Source: an uncultured Chloroflexia bacterium
Lineage (GTDB): Bacteria > Chloroflexota > Limnocylindria > Limnocylindrales > CSP1-4
Direction of reading: 5' to 3'
Assembly: GCA_963768655.1 (NCBI GenBank)
Contig: CAVYIM010000005.1
Location: forward strand, 64,001-128,000
Length of the DNA stretch: 64,000 nucleotides
The notes beneath the pieces were generated by a model. That model had not been told where the DNA came from. It ran no database searches and saw nothing but the letters and a program-made list of their open reading frames with translations. Position numbers and translations under genes: made by a program. This document shows positions 40,883-49,721 of the stretch, piece by piece; positions within the stretch are counted from its first letter, which is position 1, and each line of letters begins with the position of its first letter.

Positions 40883-41421
40883 CAGTCGTACACATCCTCG
40901 ACCCAGAGGAGGTGGTCGCCCGCTAGCTGCGGCGACCATATCCCGACCCTCGTTCCCTCAGCCGCAGAGGCCTGATACACGACTGCGACCGTTCCCTTCT
41001 GCAGATCTCCATACCAGAGATCGGCCTCGTGATCGGCATCGCGGGCGTCGAAGGCGACCAGGGAGCCATCGTTCGTCAGATCAAGGATCTGGGGGTCGGC
41101 CAATGGGCCTATGTTCCAGCATGCATCGGAGCCCAATGGAATCGACACTTTCTGGAAGACATAGGTGGGGTCAGGCGAGTCGCCACGCGAGTCGCCACAC
41201 CGGGCGCCAGCGGAGGCTGTGGGGAACCCGGTCGCGGAAGCGCCAGGAGTCGCGGTGGCGACAGAGGTCGCGGAAGCGGCTGGCGGGGGCGAGGCGGTGG
41301 GTCGCAGCCCGGACCCACAGGCTGAGACAAGGAAAACGATGGCGAGGGCGCTGACCTTCACCCCGGGCTGCATGTGCAAGGTCTGCCCCGCCCCGGGCGG
41401 ACCTGCAACCCAAAGCCTGGC

Positions 41422-41595
41422 CGGCGAAGCCCGCCAGGAGCGGTGAGCCTGCGATCCCTGCCGTCCCGGCGCTTCAGCTGCGAGCCGACCGCGGAGACGA
41501 AGAAGAGCGCGCCTGCCGTCGGTCCAACGGCAGCCGGCCGCCGCTTTCGGCCGAAGGCCAACCGGTCGCCGAAGGCCGTCTCGTCCGCCGGCCGG
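41422..41595. repeat. Inter-cassette repeat, copy A
   Basis: ATCCCTGCCGTCCCGGCGCTTC...CGGTCCAAC...GGCCGAAGGCC...GCCGAAGGC. Confidence 0.75.
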
Positions 41596-42013
41596 AATCA
41601 TCTTCGCGACTCCAGCTAAGCTCGCCATTCGCGGCCCGAAAAGCTCGTTGCTCCAGGTCACCAGGAAGCATCCCGGCTCCCGATGATTCCCGCCAGATCT
41701 CCTCACGCCGCAGACCCAGTCCACGGCCAATCTTCGTGAGTTCGCCGGCCAACCGGCTCTGTGCGACCTCGGTGTCGTGAGCCGCCTGGGCGCGGAGCCA
41801 GTAGCCATCTGACAGACCGAAGAACCGGCACAGCCGAAGGTCGGTGTCCGCGGTGATCGACCGCCTGCCGGCCACGATTTCGCCAATTCGCTGAGCGGGA
41901 ACGCCGATCTCCTTAGCTAGTCGGTACTGTGAGATGCCCATCGGGCGCAGGAACTCCTGCAGCAGCAACTCACCCGGAGTCACCGGGGGCAATGTCGTCG
42001 TCATCTTCGTCAC
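41474..42013 (-). CDS. higA: HigA antitoxin; probable C-terminal frameshift near 41727 extends the ORF
   Basis: PGELLLQEFLRPMGISQYRLAK...ITADTDLRL...FG...YWL; alternate frame gives PWTGSAA* ending near 41703. Confidence 0.85.
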   Translation of the reverse strand: MTKMTTTLPPVTPGELLLQEFLRPMGISQYRLAKEIGVPAQRIGEIVAGRRSITADTDLRLCRFFGLSDGYWLRAQAAHDTEVAQSRLAGELTKIGRGLGLRREEIWRESSGAGMLPGDLEQRAFRAANGELSWSREDDSGRRTRRPSATGWPSAESGGRLPLDRRQARSSSSPRSARS

Positions 42014-42016
42014 GTC

Positions 42017-42295
42017 CTAGTGGTAGTCCACGATCTCGACGCCCTCGGCGCCAGCAGCAGTCCAGCGAAAGCAAACGCGATACTGATCGTTGATGCGGAT
42101 GCTGTACTGGCCAGAACGATCGCCTTTGAGCGCCTCGAGGCGGTTTCCAGGAGGAACCCGCAGGTCGTCGAGCCGAGCGGCGATCTCGAGCTGTCTGAGC
42201 TTGCGCCGAGCGACCGACTCGATGGCGACGAAACGCTGCACTCGACTTCCGCGTGCGAGGGCTTCCGTGTCGGCATCCCTGAACGAGGCGATCAC
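42017..42295 (-). CDS. higB: HigB toxin (RelE superfamily)
   Basis: MIASF, PPGNRLEALKGDRSGQYSIRINDQYRVCF, EIVDYH; TTGCCG-17-TACTAT 6 nt before GTG. Confidence 0.93.
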   Translation of the reverse strand: MIASFRDADTEALARGSRVQRFVAIESVARRKLRQLEIAARLDDLRVPPGNRLEALKGDRSGQYSIRINDQYRVCFRWTAAGAEGVEIVDYH

Positions 42296-42419
42296 GTCGG
42301 GATAGTAACGCTACGCGTGCATAACGGCAAGCGTGACTAACGAGCCGACGCGGCGTCAGCGCCGAAGGCCGTCGCCCGCCGGACAGGTTCGAAGTGACTG
42401 GCCGCTTCTGCCGTCCGGA

Positions 42420-42475
42420 CCAGTTGGTCCCACGGGGATGGCCGTGGTATGCGACCGCATAGCCCCCGATCGTAG
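42420..42475 (-). pseudogene. Nucleotidyltransferase N-terminal remnant
   Basis: IGGYAVAYHGHPRGT matches the GGxAV..HG..R.T motif that normally precedes DxD. Confidence 0.5.
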
Positions 42476-42499
42476 GGACGAGGTTGCTCGGCCACGGGG

Positions 42500-42697
42500 C
42501 GGTGAAGCTGGCCCGCAGTGATGAGAGGACAATCCCTGTCGTCCCGGCGCTTCGACTCCGGGCGGGCCGCGGAGGTGATCGAGCGAGCCGCGACGTCGGT
42601 CCAACCGCCTCCTGCCGTCCTGTCGGGCCGAAGGTCAGTCGGTGGCCGGAGGGCGTCCGCCGAAGGCCCTTCCGTCGGACCAATTCGCCGCTTCTGC
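42500..42697. repeat. Inter-cassette repeat, copy B (most complete)
   Basis: CGGTGAAGCTGGCC...ATCCCTGTCGTCCCGGCGCTTC...GTCCAAC(42599)...GTCGGAC(42674)...GCCGCTTCTGC. Confidence 0.75.
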
Positions 42698-42797
42698 GAC
42701 ACTCCCCTCCCGTGGCCGGCGTGGTCAGGTAGTTGAGAGAAAGTCCTACATGGTGCGCACCGCGACTACCCCGCCGGGCGCTTCCCCTCCGCTCTCG

Positions 42798-43379
42798 TCA
42801 ATTCGACCTCGTGTACACGGCCGTCCCGTGAGTTGGCGCGTTCCCGGCGACCATCCAGAAACCGTTCAACTCCCGAGGATGGGACTCGGATGGGATCTAG
42901 AGAATCGAGATGGCATCCACGCTGCCGATCGTCTTGTCACGAAGGATGTAGTAGAAGATCAGCCTCGTGTCCTTGACTCCGGCGAGTTCCGAGTGGAAGG
43001 GCCCGATCGTCTCATGGCCCTCGGACAACGTGCCTTCGATGCGGAGTTCACCGCCATCCCTGGCGATGGTCATGGAGCCTTTCCCCTTCGGCCCTGACTG
43101 CGGCGTGGAGACGAAATCCCATTTCCCGATTAGCTGGTCTGCCGCGCCACGCCGCGCCGTTGCCACGCCGACGGACGGCGACATTCTGAACAGGAAGACG
43201 ATCAAGACGAGTGTTGCGAGAAGGCCCGCGGCGATGCGCTCATACGAGCTGGAGCCTGATTGGAACCAGAGCAAGAACAAGGACTCGAAAACCAGAGTGA
43301 GGACTATGGCCGTCCTGTACTTGCCGCTCACCTTCGCGTTGCCCAGGATCGCGTTCACCATGGAACCGACGGATGCCAT
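42798..43379 (-). pseudogene. 2TM + beta-barrel protein (Cap15/SMODS-associated 2TM-beta-like) with in-frame TAG at 42897-42899
   Basis: Two TMs, LIGKW, RLIFYY; frame continues past TAG as IPSESHPRELNGFWMVAGNAPTHGTAVYTRSN*. Confidence 0.55.
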
Positions 43380-43674
43380 GACAATCCCTCCAGGTTCCCG
43401 CCTGCCCTCTCCTATTGCGCGTCACCGCCGGGCATGACGATGGCCGAGAACGACTTCGGGTGCGGGGGTGGCAGCGGAGCGCGCCGCGCAGCCGGGGCCG
43501 ACAATTCCGCTCGAGCTGCCACACCCCATTCCTCGCTCCTCTTCACCCCGTCGGGTGATGGTCGGATGGTAACCCCGCTCCAGCGAGTCCAGGCGCATTT
43601 CGCCCAGATGCCACGCCGAAGGGCTGACGTGCTCCCTTCATAGAACTCCTTCACTCCGTGGCGGGCCGATCACT

Positions 43675-43977
43675 TCAGCCATTCGGGAGCGCTTCCATCA
43701 ACCTCTCGCTGCGCCAGACGCGAGCGATCCGAATGCGCTCGTTGTCGATGCGGTAGACGATGCGGAACGGCGTCCGAATGAGCTCGCGCAACCAGGGCTG
43801 GTCGAACTCGGGCACTACCCTGCCGCTCTCCGGGAATTCGGTGAGCTGGTCCATGCAGGCCGCTATCTCGCGGATGAGTCGATCGCCGACCTCCGGCGCT
43901 GACTGCGAGACATACCAGTCGCGAACGGCTTCCAGATCCCTGACCGCCGACTCTGCGAGCGAAATGCGCCTGGGCAC
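43675..43977 (-). CDS. RelE/ParE-family toxin
   Basis: SAVRDLE, FPESGRVVPE, RELI, FRIVY; GTG 1 nt after antitoxin stop. Confidence 0.9.
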   Translation of the reverse strand: MPRRISLAESAVRDLEAVRDWYVSQSAPEVGDRLIREIAACMDQLTEFPESGRVVPEFDQPWLRELIRTPFRIVYRIDNERIRIARVWRSERLMEALPNG

Positions 43978-43978
43978 C

Positions 43979-44254
43979 TCAGTCGAGCCCGAGCCGGTGC
44001 CTGGCATCCTCCAGCGACAGCTCGCGATCCTCCTCGAGGTCGAACAGGCCGGCGAGGACGGACCTCATGAACTCGCGCTCTTCCTCCGCGGCCTCGAACT
44101 CGGGCAGGGTCTGCACGACCGCGACGCCCCGACCGCGGCTCGTCAACAGGACCGGGCGGCCCGACTCGCCAGCCCGCCGCACGACTCTGCCAGGGTTCAC
44201 CTTCAGATCCCCGATCGGGACCACGTCCTCGGAGAACTTCACCCTGGTCCGCAT
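43979..44254 (-). CDS. Phd/YefM-family antitoxin
   Basis: IGDLK, RPVLLTSRGRGVAVV; GGAGG SD; extended -10 TGCTATTCT. Confidence 0.9.
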   Translation of the reverse strand: MRTRVKFSEDVVPIGDLKVNPGRVVRRAGESGRPVLLTSRGRGVAVVQTLPEFEAAEEEREFMRSVLAGLFDLEEDRELSLEDARHRLGLD

Positions 44255-44335
44255 CCGGACCTCCATACAGCACCTTTTGCTGGTCCTGAGAATAGCACCT
44301 GGTGGCAGGTTTTCGCGGATCTGGAGAGCCGCCTA

Positions 44336-44465
44336 CGGTGAAGCTGGCCAGGGCGGAGATCAAGCGATCCCTGCAATCCCGGCGCTTCGGCTCCGTGCGG
44401 ACCTCGGAGGTGGAGGTCGGCGTGCAGGCGGCGGTCCTGCGGCATCCGGGGGTCCTTTCGGCCTC
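44336..44465. repeat. Inter-cassette repeat, copy C (interrupted by IS256 copy 2)
   Basis: CGGTGAAGCTGGCC...ATCCCTGCAATCCCGGCGCTTC. Confidence 0.75.
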
Positions 44466-45954
44466 GAGGTTGTCCCGAGTTCCGTGGAATTTGAGTTGAG
44501 GGGAGGGTCCTCCAGCCCGGAGCGTGAGCTGTCACGCTACGGGAGACCCGGAAAGTCGAACTGGAGGAACCCATGCCATCGTCCCACGTCCGGCCCCGCC
44601 CTGAGAAGCGATGCCGCCGACCTCGCCGTCTCGTTCACCAGCTTCCTGCTGAGCTGACAGGGCGGCTCGAGGGCCATCTCGCCACGTTCGCGAGCCATCT
44701 GCGCGAGGGCCTGCTGGCCGCTTCGACCGCGGTCGGCCTCGAGGTCCTCGACGAGCTGATGGCGGCTGAGGTTGACGGCCTGGCCGGCCCACGCGGCCGC
44801 CACCGAGCGGATCGAGTTGCCTATCGCCATGGCAGTGAAGCCGGAACCGTGACCCTGGGCGGCCGCCGACTCCGCGTCGAGCGGCCACGTGTGCGAAGTG
44901 CCGATGGAGCAGCCGAGCTGCCGCTCGCGACCTACGAGGCCGCGAGAGCCAGCGATCTGCTCGCCGACGGGATCGTCGCCCGGATGCTCGCGGGGCTCTC
45001 GACTCGCGACTATCCGGTTGGCCTCGAGCCTGTTGGCGAGGCCATCGAGGAGGCCGCCGTCTCGACCAGCCACGCCGCCGTCAGCCGCCGCTTCCTCGCC
45101 GCCACGGCAGAGCGCCTGGCTGAGCTGCTCGGGCGCAGACTCGACGACCGCCGCTACCTCGTGCTCATGCTCGATGGCTTTCGCCTGGGCGATCACCTGC
45201 TCGTAGGCGCGCTCGGGATCGACGCCGCCGGCCACAAGGTGCCCCTCGGCGTGGTCGAGGGCACGACCGAGAACAGCGCGGTGGTCAACGCGCTCCTGGC
45301 GGACTTGCGCGATCGCGGTCTGGACACAAGCGCAGGCGTCCTCTTCGTCGTCGACGGCGGCTCCGCCATCGGTTCGGCCATCCCCACCTTCTTGGGCAAA
45401 GGCGTGGCGATCCATCGCTGCCATCGCCACAAAGAGCGCAACGTTCTAGAGCACCTGCCCGAGATCGAACGACCGCTCGCCCAGCGCCGGCTTCGGGCCG
45501 CCTGGGCCGAGCGAGATCCGGACAGGGCGAAGGCGGCCCTCCACTCCCTGGCCCGCAGTCTGGCCCACAGCCGTCCGGGAGCCGCCGCGTCGCTGCGCGA
45601 GGGGCTCGACGACACGCTCACCCTGACGCGTCTGGGCATCAGCGGCTCGCTCTGGAGGACGCTCGAGTCGACCAACCCGATGGAATCGATGATCGAGATC
45701 GTCAAGACGCACGCCCGCCGGGTGAAGAACTGGGAGTCGGGCGAGATGGCGCTGCGCTGGGCCGCCGCTGGGATGCTCGCCGCAGAGGCTCAGTTCCGCC
45801 GAGTCTGTGGCTATCGGGAGCTGCCCATTCTTGCCGCTGCGCTGAAGCGCGAGCTCCACATCGAAAGCGAGGCGAGCGCTACCAACCAACCGATATGATC
45901 AGCAACCTGGAGACCCGACCCTCACTGAAATTCCACGACGAGCGGGACATCCTC
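44466..45954 (+). mobile_element. IS256-family element, copy 2 (1489 bp, inverted relative to copy 1)
   Basis: Same IRs; 8-bp TSD TCGGCCTC at 44458-44465 and 45955-45962. Confidence 0.95.
44573..45898 (+). CDS. IS256-family DDE transposase
   Basis: 441-aa protein identical to copy 1 in the ORF track. Confidence 0.93.
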   Translation: MPSSHVRPRPEKRCRRPRRLVHQLPAELTGRLEGHLATFASHLREGLLAASTAVGLEVLDELMAAEVDGLAGPRGRHRADRVAYRHGSEAGTVTLGGRRLRVERPRVRSADGAAELPLATYEAARASDLLADGIVARMLAGLSTRDYPVGLEPVGEAIEEAAVSTSHAAVSRRFLAATAERLAELLGRRLDDRRYLVLMLDGFRLGDHLLVGALGIDAAGHKVPLGVVEGTTENSAVVNALLADLRDRGLDTSAGVLFVVDGGSAIGSAIPTFLGKGVAIHRCHRHKERNVLEHLPEIERPLAQRRLRAAWAERDPDRAKAALHSLARSLAHSRPGAAASLREGLDDTLTLTRLGISGSLWRTLESTNPMESMIEIVKTHARRVKNWESGEMALRWAAAGMLAAEAQFRRVCGYRELPILAAALKRELHIESEASATNQPI

Positions 45955-45974
45955 TCGGCCTCGGCCGGTCCCCG

Positions 45975-46343
45975 TCAGATTCGCCTCGCGAACCAGATGA
46001 GCTCTATCGGGCACCCGTTCTCGACGATCATCGCGGCGCGCACTCCGTCGGAGGGCGAGTTGGGCGGAGTCAGCACTTCCTTGCCTTCGAGCGCCTCGTC
46101 AATGTCGTCGACCTCGAACGCTACGTGGGGCACGGTCTTGACGATGTCCGCGAGCGGGCTGTCAGGATCGAATCTCATCCACTCGATGCCGTATCGGCTG
46201 GTTGGGAAGCCGGACACGTACATGCCGAACTGCGGCAGGTAGCGTTCGCCCTCTTTGCGGGCCTCGGTTGGGACGCCCATGTGATGGAAGCGCCAGCCCC
46301 ATTCGTTCGTGGCGCACGGCAGCTCATGATCCTGTCGCGTCAC
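45975..46343 (-). CDS. VOC/glyoxalase-like protein
   Basis: FHHMGVPT, PHVAFEVDD, PIEL; AAGGAG SD before GTG 46343. Confidence 0.78.
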   Translation of the reverse strand: MTRQDHELPCATNEWGWRFHHMGVPTEARKEGERYLPQFGMYVSGFPTSRYGIEWMRFDPDSPLADIVKTVPHVAFEVDDIDEALEGKEVLTPPNSPSDGVRAAMIVENGCPIELIWFARRI

Positions 46344-46566
46344 TTCGTCTCCTTCCACAAGCCACTCGCCGGTGCGCGTCCGCGGCACTCATCATCGTGC
46401 TCCGGCCTGCCTGACGTCGAGCGCTGCGGCGACCGGCGGCCGCGGCAGCGACCGCGACCCGCGGCGCTGGTCTTCGAGTCGACGCGCCGGCGCCGGCTCT
46501 GCAGAGGCCGGCGCGGCAGACGCCGGCGCAGTCGAATCGGCGCACATGGAATAGAGTTCCCGCCAC

Positions 46567-47649
46567 ATGCTTGGCCGAAGGAGAAATCGTCGAACGGGCC
46601 ACCGCTACGGCGTCGCCGCGGTGGCGCTGGGGCTGGTTGTCGTGCTGGCCGTCGCCGGCGAGGCCGCCATACGTGCAGGCAGCTCGGGGCCCACTCCCGG
46701 ACCGTCGGCCCCCGCGACGTCGTCGGCCACGACCGCTCCCGGCGGCCCGACCGCCACTTCGACCGGCGGCCCGTCCCTGACTCCTGCGGTCACCGACACG
46801 GCCGGCATCGCGACGCCGGCGCCCAGCTATCCGCTGGTAGACAGCTGCAACCCGAAGTCGGTCCGCGGCGCCAGGCCCGTGACGGCACCCGCGAACGAGA
46901 AGGCCGGCTCGTTCACGCTGCACATTCCCATCCTCATGTACCACCGGATCGTGCCCCCCGCCGAGGCCGGCGACTCGATTCCCGGACTGGTCGTGCCCCC
47001 CGACACGTTCGCGAACCAGCTCGACGCGCTCGAACGGGCGGACTGGCACACGATCACCATGGCGGCGCTCGCCAACGACCTGCAGGCCCACGTGACGCCG
47101 CCGAAGAGGACCTTCGTGATCACCATCGACGACGGCTGGGACGACGGATACACCTATGCTCTGCCAATTCTCCAGAGCCACGGGTTCGTGGCGACGTACT
47201 TCGTCATCGCCGGCCGGATCGATCAGCCGGGCTTCCTCACGTCGGGCCATCTCCAGGCGCTCGTGGCCGCCGGTGACGAGATCGGCGATCACACCATGGA
47301 CCACTACGACCTGGCCGAGCAGGCGGCCGTGAGACTGCCGTACGAAATAGATGCGGCAGCCGCCCGGATCGCGCAGGTCACGGGCCGCTGGCCGGAATCG
47401 TTCGCATATCCGTCGGGCGTCGTGGACCGCGTGGTCGCCGCCGCGGTGGCCGCCTGCCAGGAGCTCCGAATCGCAGTCACCGAGGAGCCCGTCGCGCCCG
47501 AGGAACCAGGCGCCTCAACGCCTCCGACGGGAATGCCCGTAGCCCTCGAGACCTGGGCCGACCGCTTCGTCGTCCCGCGGATCCGGGTCACGCCGAACAC
47601 GACACCAACAAACCTTGTGGGCGACCTGGGCATCCTGGAAGCGGGCTGA
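46567..47649 (+). CDS. Polysaccharide deacetylase (CE4, IcaB/PgaB-like), membrane-anchored
   Basis: ILMYH, TIDDG, DHTMDH, FAYP motifs. Confidence 0.88.
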   Translation: MLGRRRNRRTGHRYGVAAVALGLVVVLAVAGEAAIRAGSSGPTPGPSAPATSSATTAPGGPTATSTGGPSLTPAVTDTAGIATPAPSYPLVDSCNPKSVRGARPVTAPANEKAGSFTLHIPILMYHRIVPPAEAGDSIPGLVVPPDTFANQLDALERADWHTITMAALANDLQAHVTPPKRTFVITIDDGWDDGYTYALPILQSHGFVATYFVIAGRIDQPGFLTSGHLQALVAAGDEIGDHTMDHYDLAEQAAVRLPYEIDAAAARIAQVTGRWPESFAYPSGVVDRVVAAAVAACQELRIAVTEEPVAPEEPGASTPPTGMPVALETWADRFVVPRIRVTPNTTPTNLVGDLGILEAG

Positions 47650-47850
47650 TTCTCCGCCGCTGACCGGCGCTCTGGCCGATCGGGCCGGTAGTACACCCGC
47701 AACTCAGCATTTCGAGCCGCGGCCCCGGCGTGGCGATGATTGCGGCGTGCAGGCACGCGGATCGACCCTGAGGAGCGACCGCCGAGGAGCGGACCGGACG
47801 GCTCAGCCAGGGCTTCGCCCGACCTCCTCACCTGGCCGAAGAAGCCGATC

Positions 47851-49110
47851 TCACCCCATCCCGCGCAGTCGCCTCGCCAGCTCGGCCGCGTCGAGGTGGA
47901 CCGGCTCGACTCTGCCGACCGTCGGTTCGGGCGCCGTGCCGCCGTGCCGGGCCCGCGCAGCGGAGACGAATCGGTCGAAGACCGCCAGCGCGTCGAGCGG
48001 TCCGGGACCGCCCTCCGGGTGGTATTGCACCGTCTCGATCGGAAGCGTGCGGTGGCGCAGCCCCTCCACCGATCCGTCGTTCAGGTCGATCTGGCTGACC
48101 ACGAAGCCGCTGGCTTCGGGCAGCGTCTCACCGACCACCGTGACCTCGTGGTTCTGAGCCGTGACCTGGACCAGGCCGCTCTCCAGGTCCTTGACCGGGT
48201 GGTTCGCGGCGTGGTGGCCGAACGGCAGGCGCCTCGTGCTTGCGCCGGCGGCCCGCCCGACGATCTGATGTCCCAGGCAGATGCCCAGGAGCGGCCGGCC
48301 GTCGCTGATTGCCGCGCGGGCCAGCGCCACGGGGCCGTCGAGGCGGGCCGGGTCGCCGGGTCCGGGCGAGAAGACGACGCCGTCCACATCCGGGCCGAGC
48401 GCCTCCGCCGCCGTGGCCGTGTGAGGGAGGATCCGCACCCGCGCCCCGCGCCGGCGAAGGCTGCGCACGATGTTCGTCTTCAGGCCGAAGTCGAGAATCA
48501 CGACAAGCGGGCCGCCCTCGGACGGATCGCCTTCGTCGCGCGCGACCGTGGGCGAAACTTCGGCTACGAAGTCCTGATCCTCCCATCGGGGAACCTTGCG
48601 GGCCAGCTCGCGCGCCTCCTGCGGGTCGGCCTGGCCGGGCGCGGTCACGATGGCGCGCAGGCTGCCGCTCGAGCGGAGGTGCCGGGCCAGGGCTCGAGTG
48701 TCGACGCCGGCGATCGCCGGGATGCCCGCCTCGCGCAGCATCGTCGCGAGCTGGCGGGCGTCGTCGAGAACCGCGGCGGTGGCGTTGGCCACGATCAGGC
48801 CCCGCAGCCACGGCCGCTCTGACTGGTCGTCGTAGCGGACGCGGCCGTAGTTGCCGATCAGCGGGTAGGTCATTACGACGAGCTGCCCGGCGTAGCTGGG
48901 ATCGGTGGCGATCTCCTGGTAGCCGGTCTGGCTGGTGTTCACAACGAGGTCGCCCTGTCCGGAGCGCTGCGAGCCGAAGGCGACGCCCGGGAACAGGCGG
49001 CCGTCCTCCAGGGCGAGAAGCGCCGGGCCGTAGTCTCCGATCCGCGGATCGACGACGGCGCTGGCCCGCGGCGGCGGAGGCAGCAGGCGCGTGCGTGGCG
49101 GCTCGGTCAC
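47851..49110 (-). CDS. carA: Carbamoyl-phosphate synthase small subunit
   Basis: TGYQEIATDPSY, SPGPGDP, GICLGHQ, QNH, QYHPE; GTG 49110 overlaps leader stop. Confidence 0.95.
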   Translation of the reverse strand: MTEPPRTRLLPPPPRASAVVDPRIGDYGPALLALEDGRLFPGVAFGSQRSGQGDLVVNTSQTGYQEIATDPSYAGQLVVMTYPLIGNYGRVRYDDQSERPWLRGLIVANATAAVLDDARQLATMLREAGIPAIAGVDTRALARHLRSSGSLRAIVTAPGQADPQEARELARKVPRWEDQDFVAEVSPTVARDEGDPSEGGPLVVILDFGLKTNIVRSLRRRGARVRILPHTATAAEALGPDVDGVVFSPGPGDPARLDGPVALARAAISDGRPLLGICLGHQIVGRAAGASTRRLPFGHHAANHPVKDLESGLVQVTAQNHEVTVVGETLPEASGFVVSQIDLNDGSVEGLRHRTLPIETVQYHPEGGPGPLDALAVFDRFVSAARARHGGTAPEPTVGRVEPVHLDAAELARRLRGMG

Positions 49111-49352
49111 GTGCCGCCCCGGCGTGCGACTACGAAGCGGCCGACCGGAGTGGACGCGGCGACCAGGCGCGCGGCAACGACGCGGCCGGCCCGACTTAGT
49201 GCGACGACGACGCGGCGCGCGGCGCCGACAAAAAAGCCACCGGCCGAACTGGCGCGGTGGTTCTCGTCGCAGGCGACCATGGACCTCCTTCCCGGCCTCT
49301 CTGGACCGGCCCGCCGGCCTCACAGGACCGGCCAAAGGCTGGGCGTAGGTTA
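49107..49352 (-). promoter_or_regulatory. carA leader: tandem PyrR-type loops, 57-aa leader ORF (49107-49280), terminator
   Basis: ~125-bp paralogue of the carB leader; GTCCTGTGAGGC and GTCCAGAGAGGC loops; AAGGAGG SD; MVACDENHRASSAGGFFV...; stem plus T6. Confidence 0.8.
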
Positions 49353-49639
49353 GCACGGCGGACGGAGAGCGGGAGGGAGCGCAGTCTCTCGCCGCCGACC
49401 CGGCGCGGCCCTGAGCCGGCCCGCACGACCTGTGGCTCGACGAGTGCCGCGGCAGTCCGCGCCATGGCTGGAGTCATCCTCCCACAGTCGACTGCCACCT
49501 CCGTCGACCGGGCCTGGCTGGCGGGACGGGTGGAGCCGCTTTCAGGACTCGTTCAGCCTCCGGAGGCTATCGTCTGACTTCGGAACACCAAGAACATCCC
49601 CCTCGGAGACGCCAGTGACGGGGCGTCTTCGCCAGATCG

Positions 49640-49675
49640 AGCGGCCCGGTTACCCCCCTCACCGGGCCGCTTGTT
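49640..49675. terminator. Hairpin AGCGGCCCGGT-N10-ACCGGGCCGCT
   Basis: Perfect 11-bp stem in an intergenic region. Confidence 0.55.
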
Positions 49676-49721
49676 CTATCTCCGGCACCGGTCCAGACTC
49701 GCAGTTCCGGCACTGAGGCAG

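Larger units (their letters stand above)
38394..41373 (-). pseudogene. Lipoprotein (beta-rich) disrupted by IS256 and a further frameshift near 38930
   Basis: Lipobox LVSAC; frame continues across the IS (WVEDVYDW|SSDQHPV); C-terminal part in another frame; 3' end uncertain. Confidence 0.75.

Noticed and set aside
42897-42899. Programmed amber read-through (pyrrolysine or alternative code)
   Set aside because: TAG terminates many ordinary genes here and no pyl genes are visible; nonsense mutation or base error is simpler.
43412-43654. Short ORFs between relE and the 2TM-beta gene
   Set aside because: No motifs; an SD-preceded 32-aa ORF exists but has no other support.
41422-44465. CRISPR array
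   Set aside because: Repeats are long, degenerate and separated by whole genes; no cas genes in the window.
39394-45954. Single composite-transposon insertion
   Set aside because: Each IS has its own TSD and the outer flanks differ.
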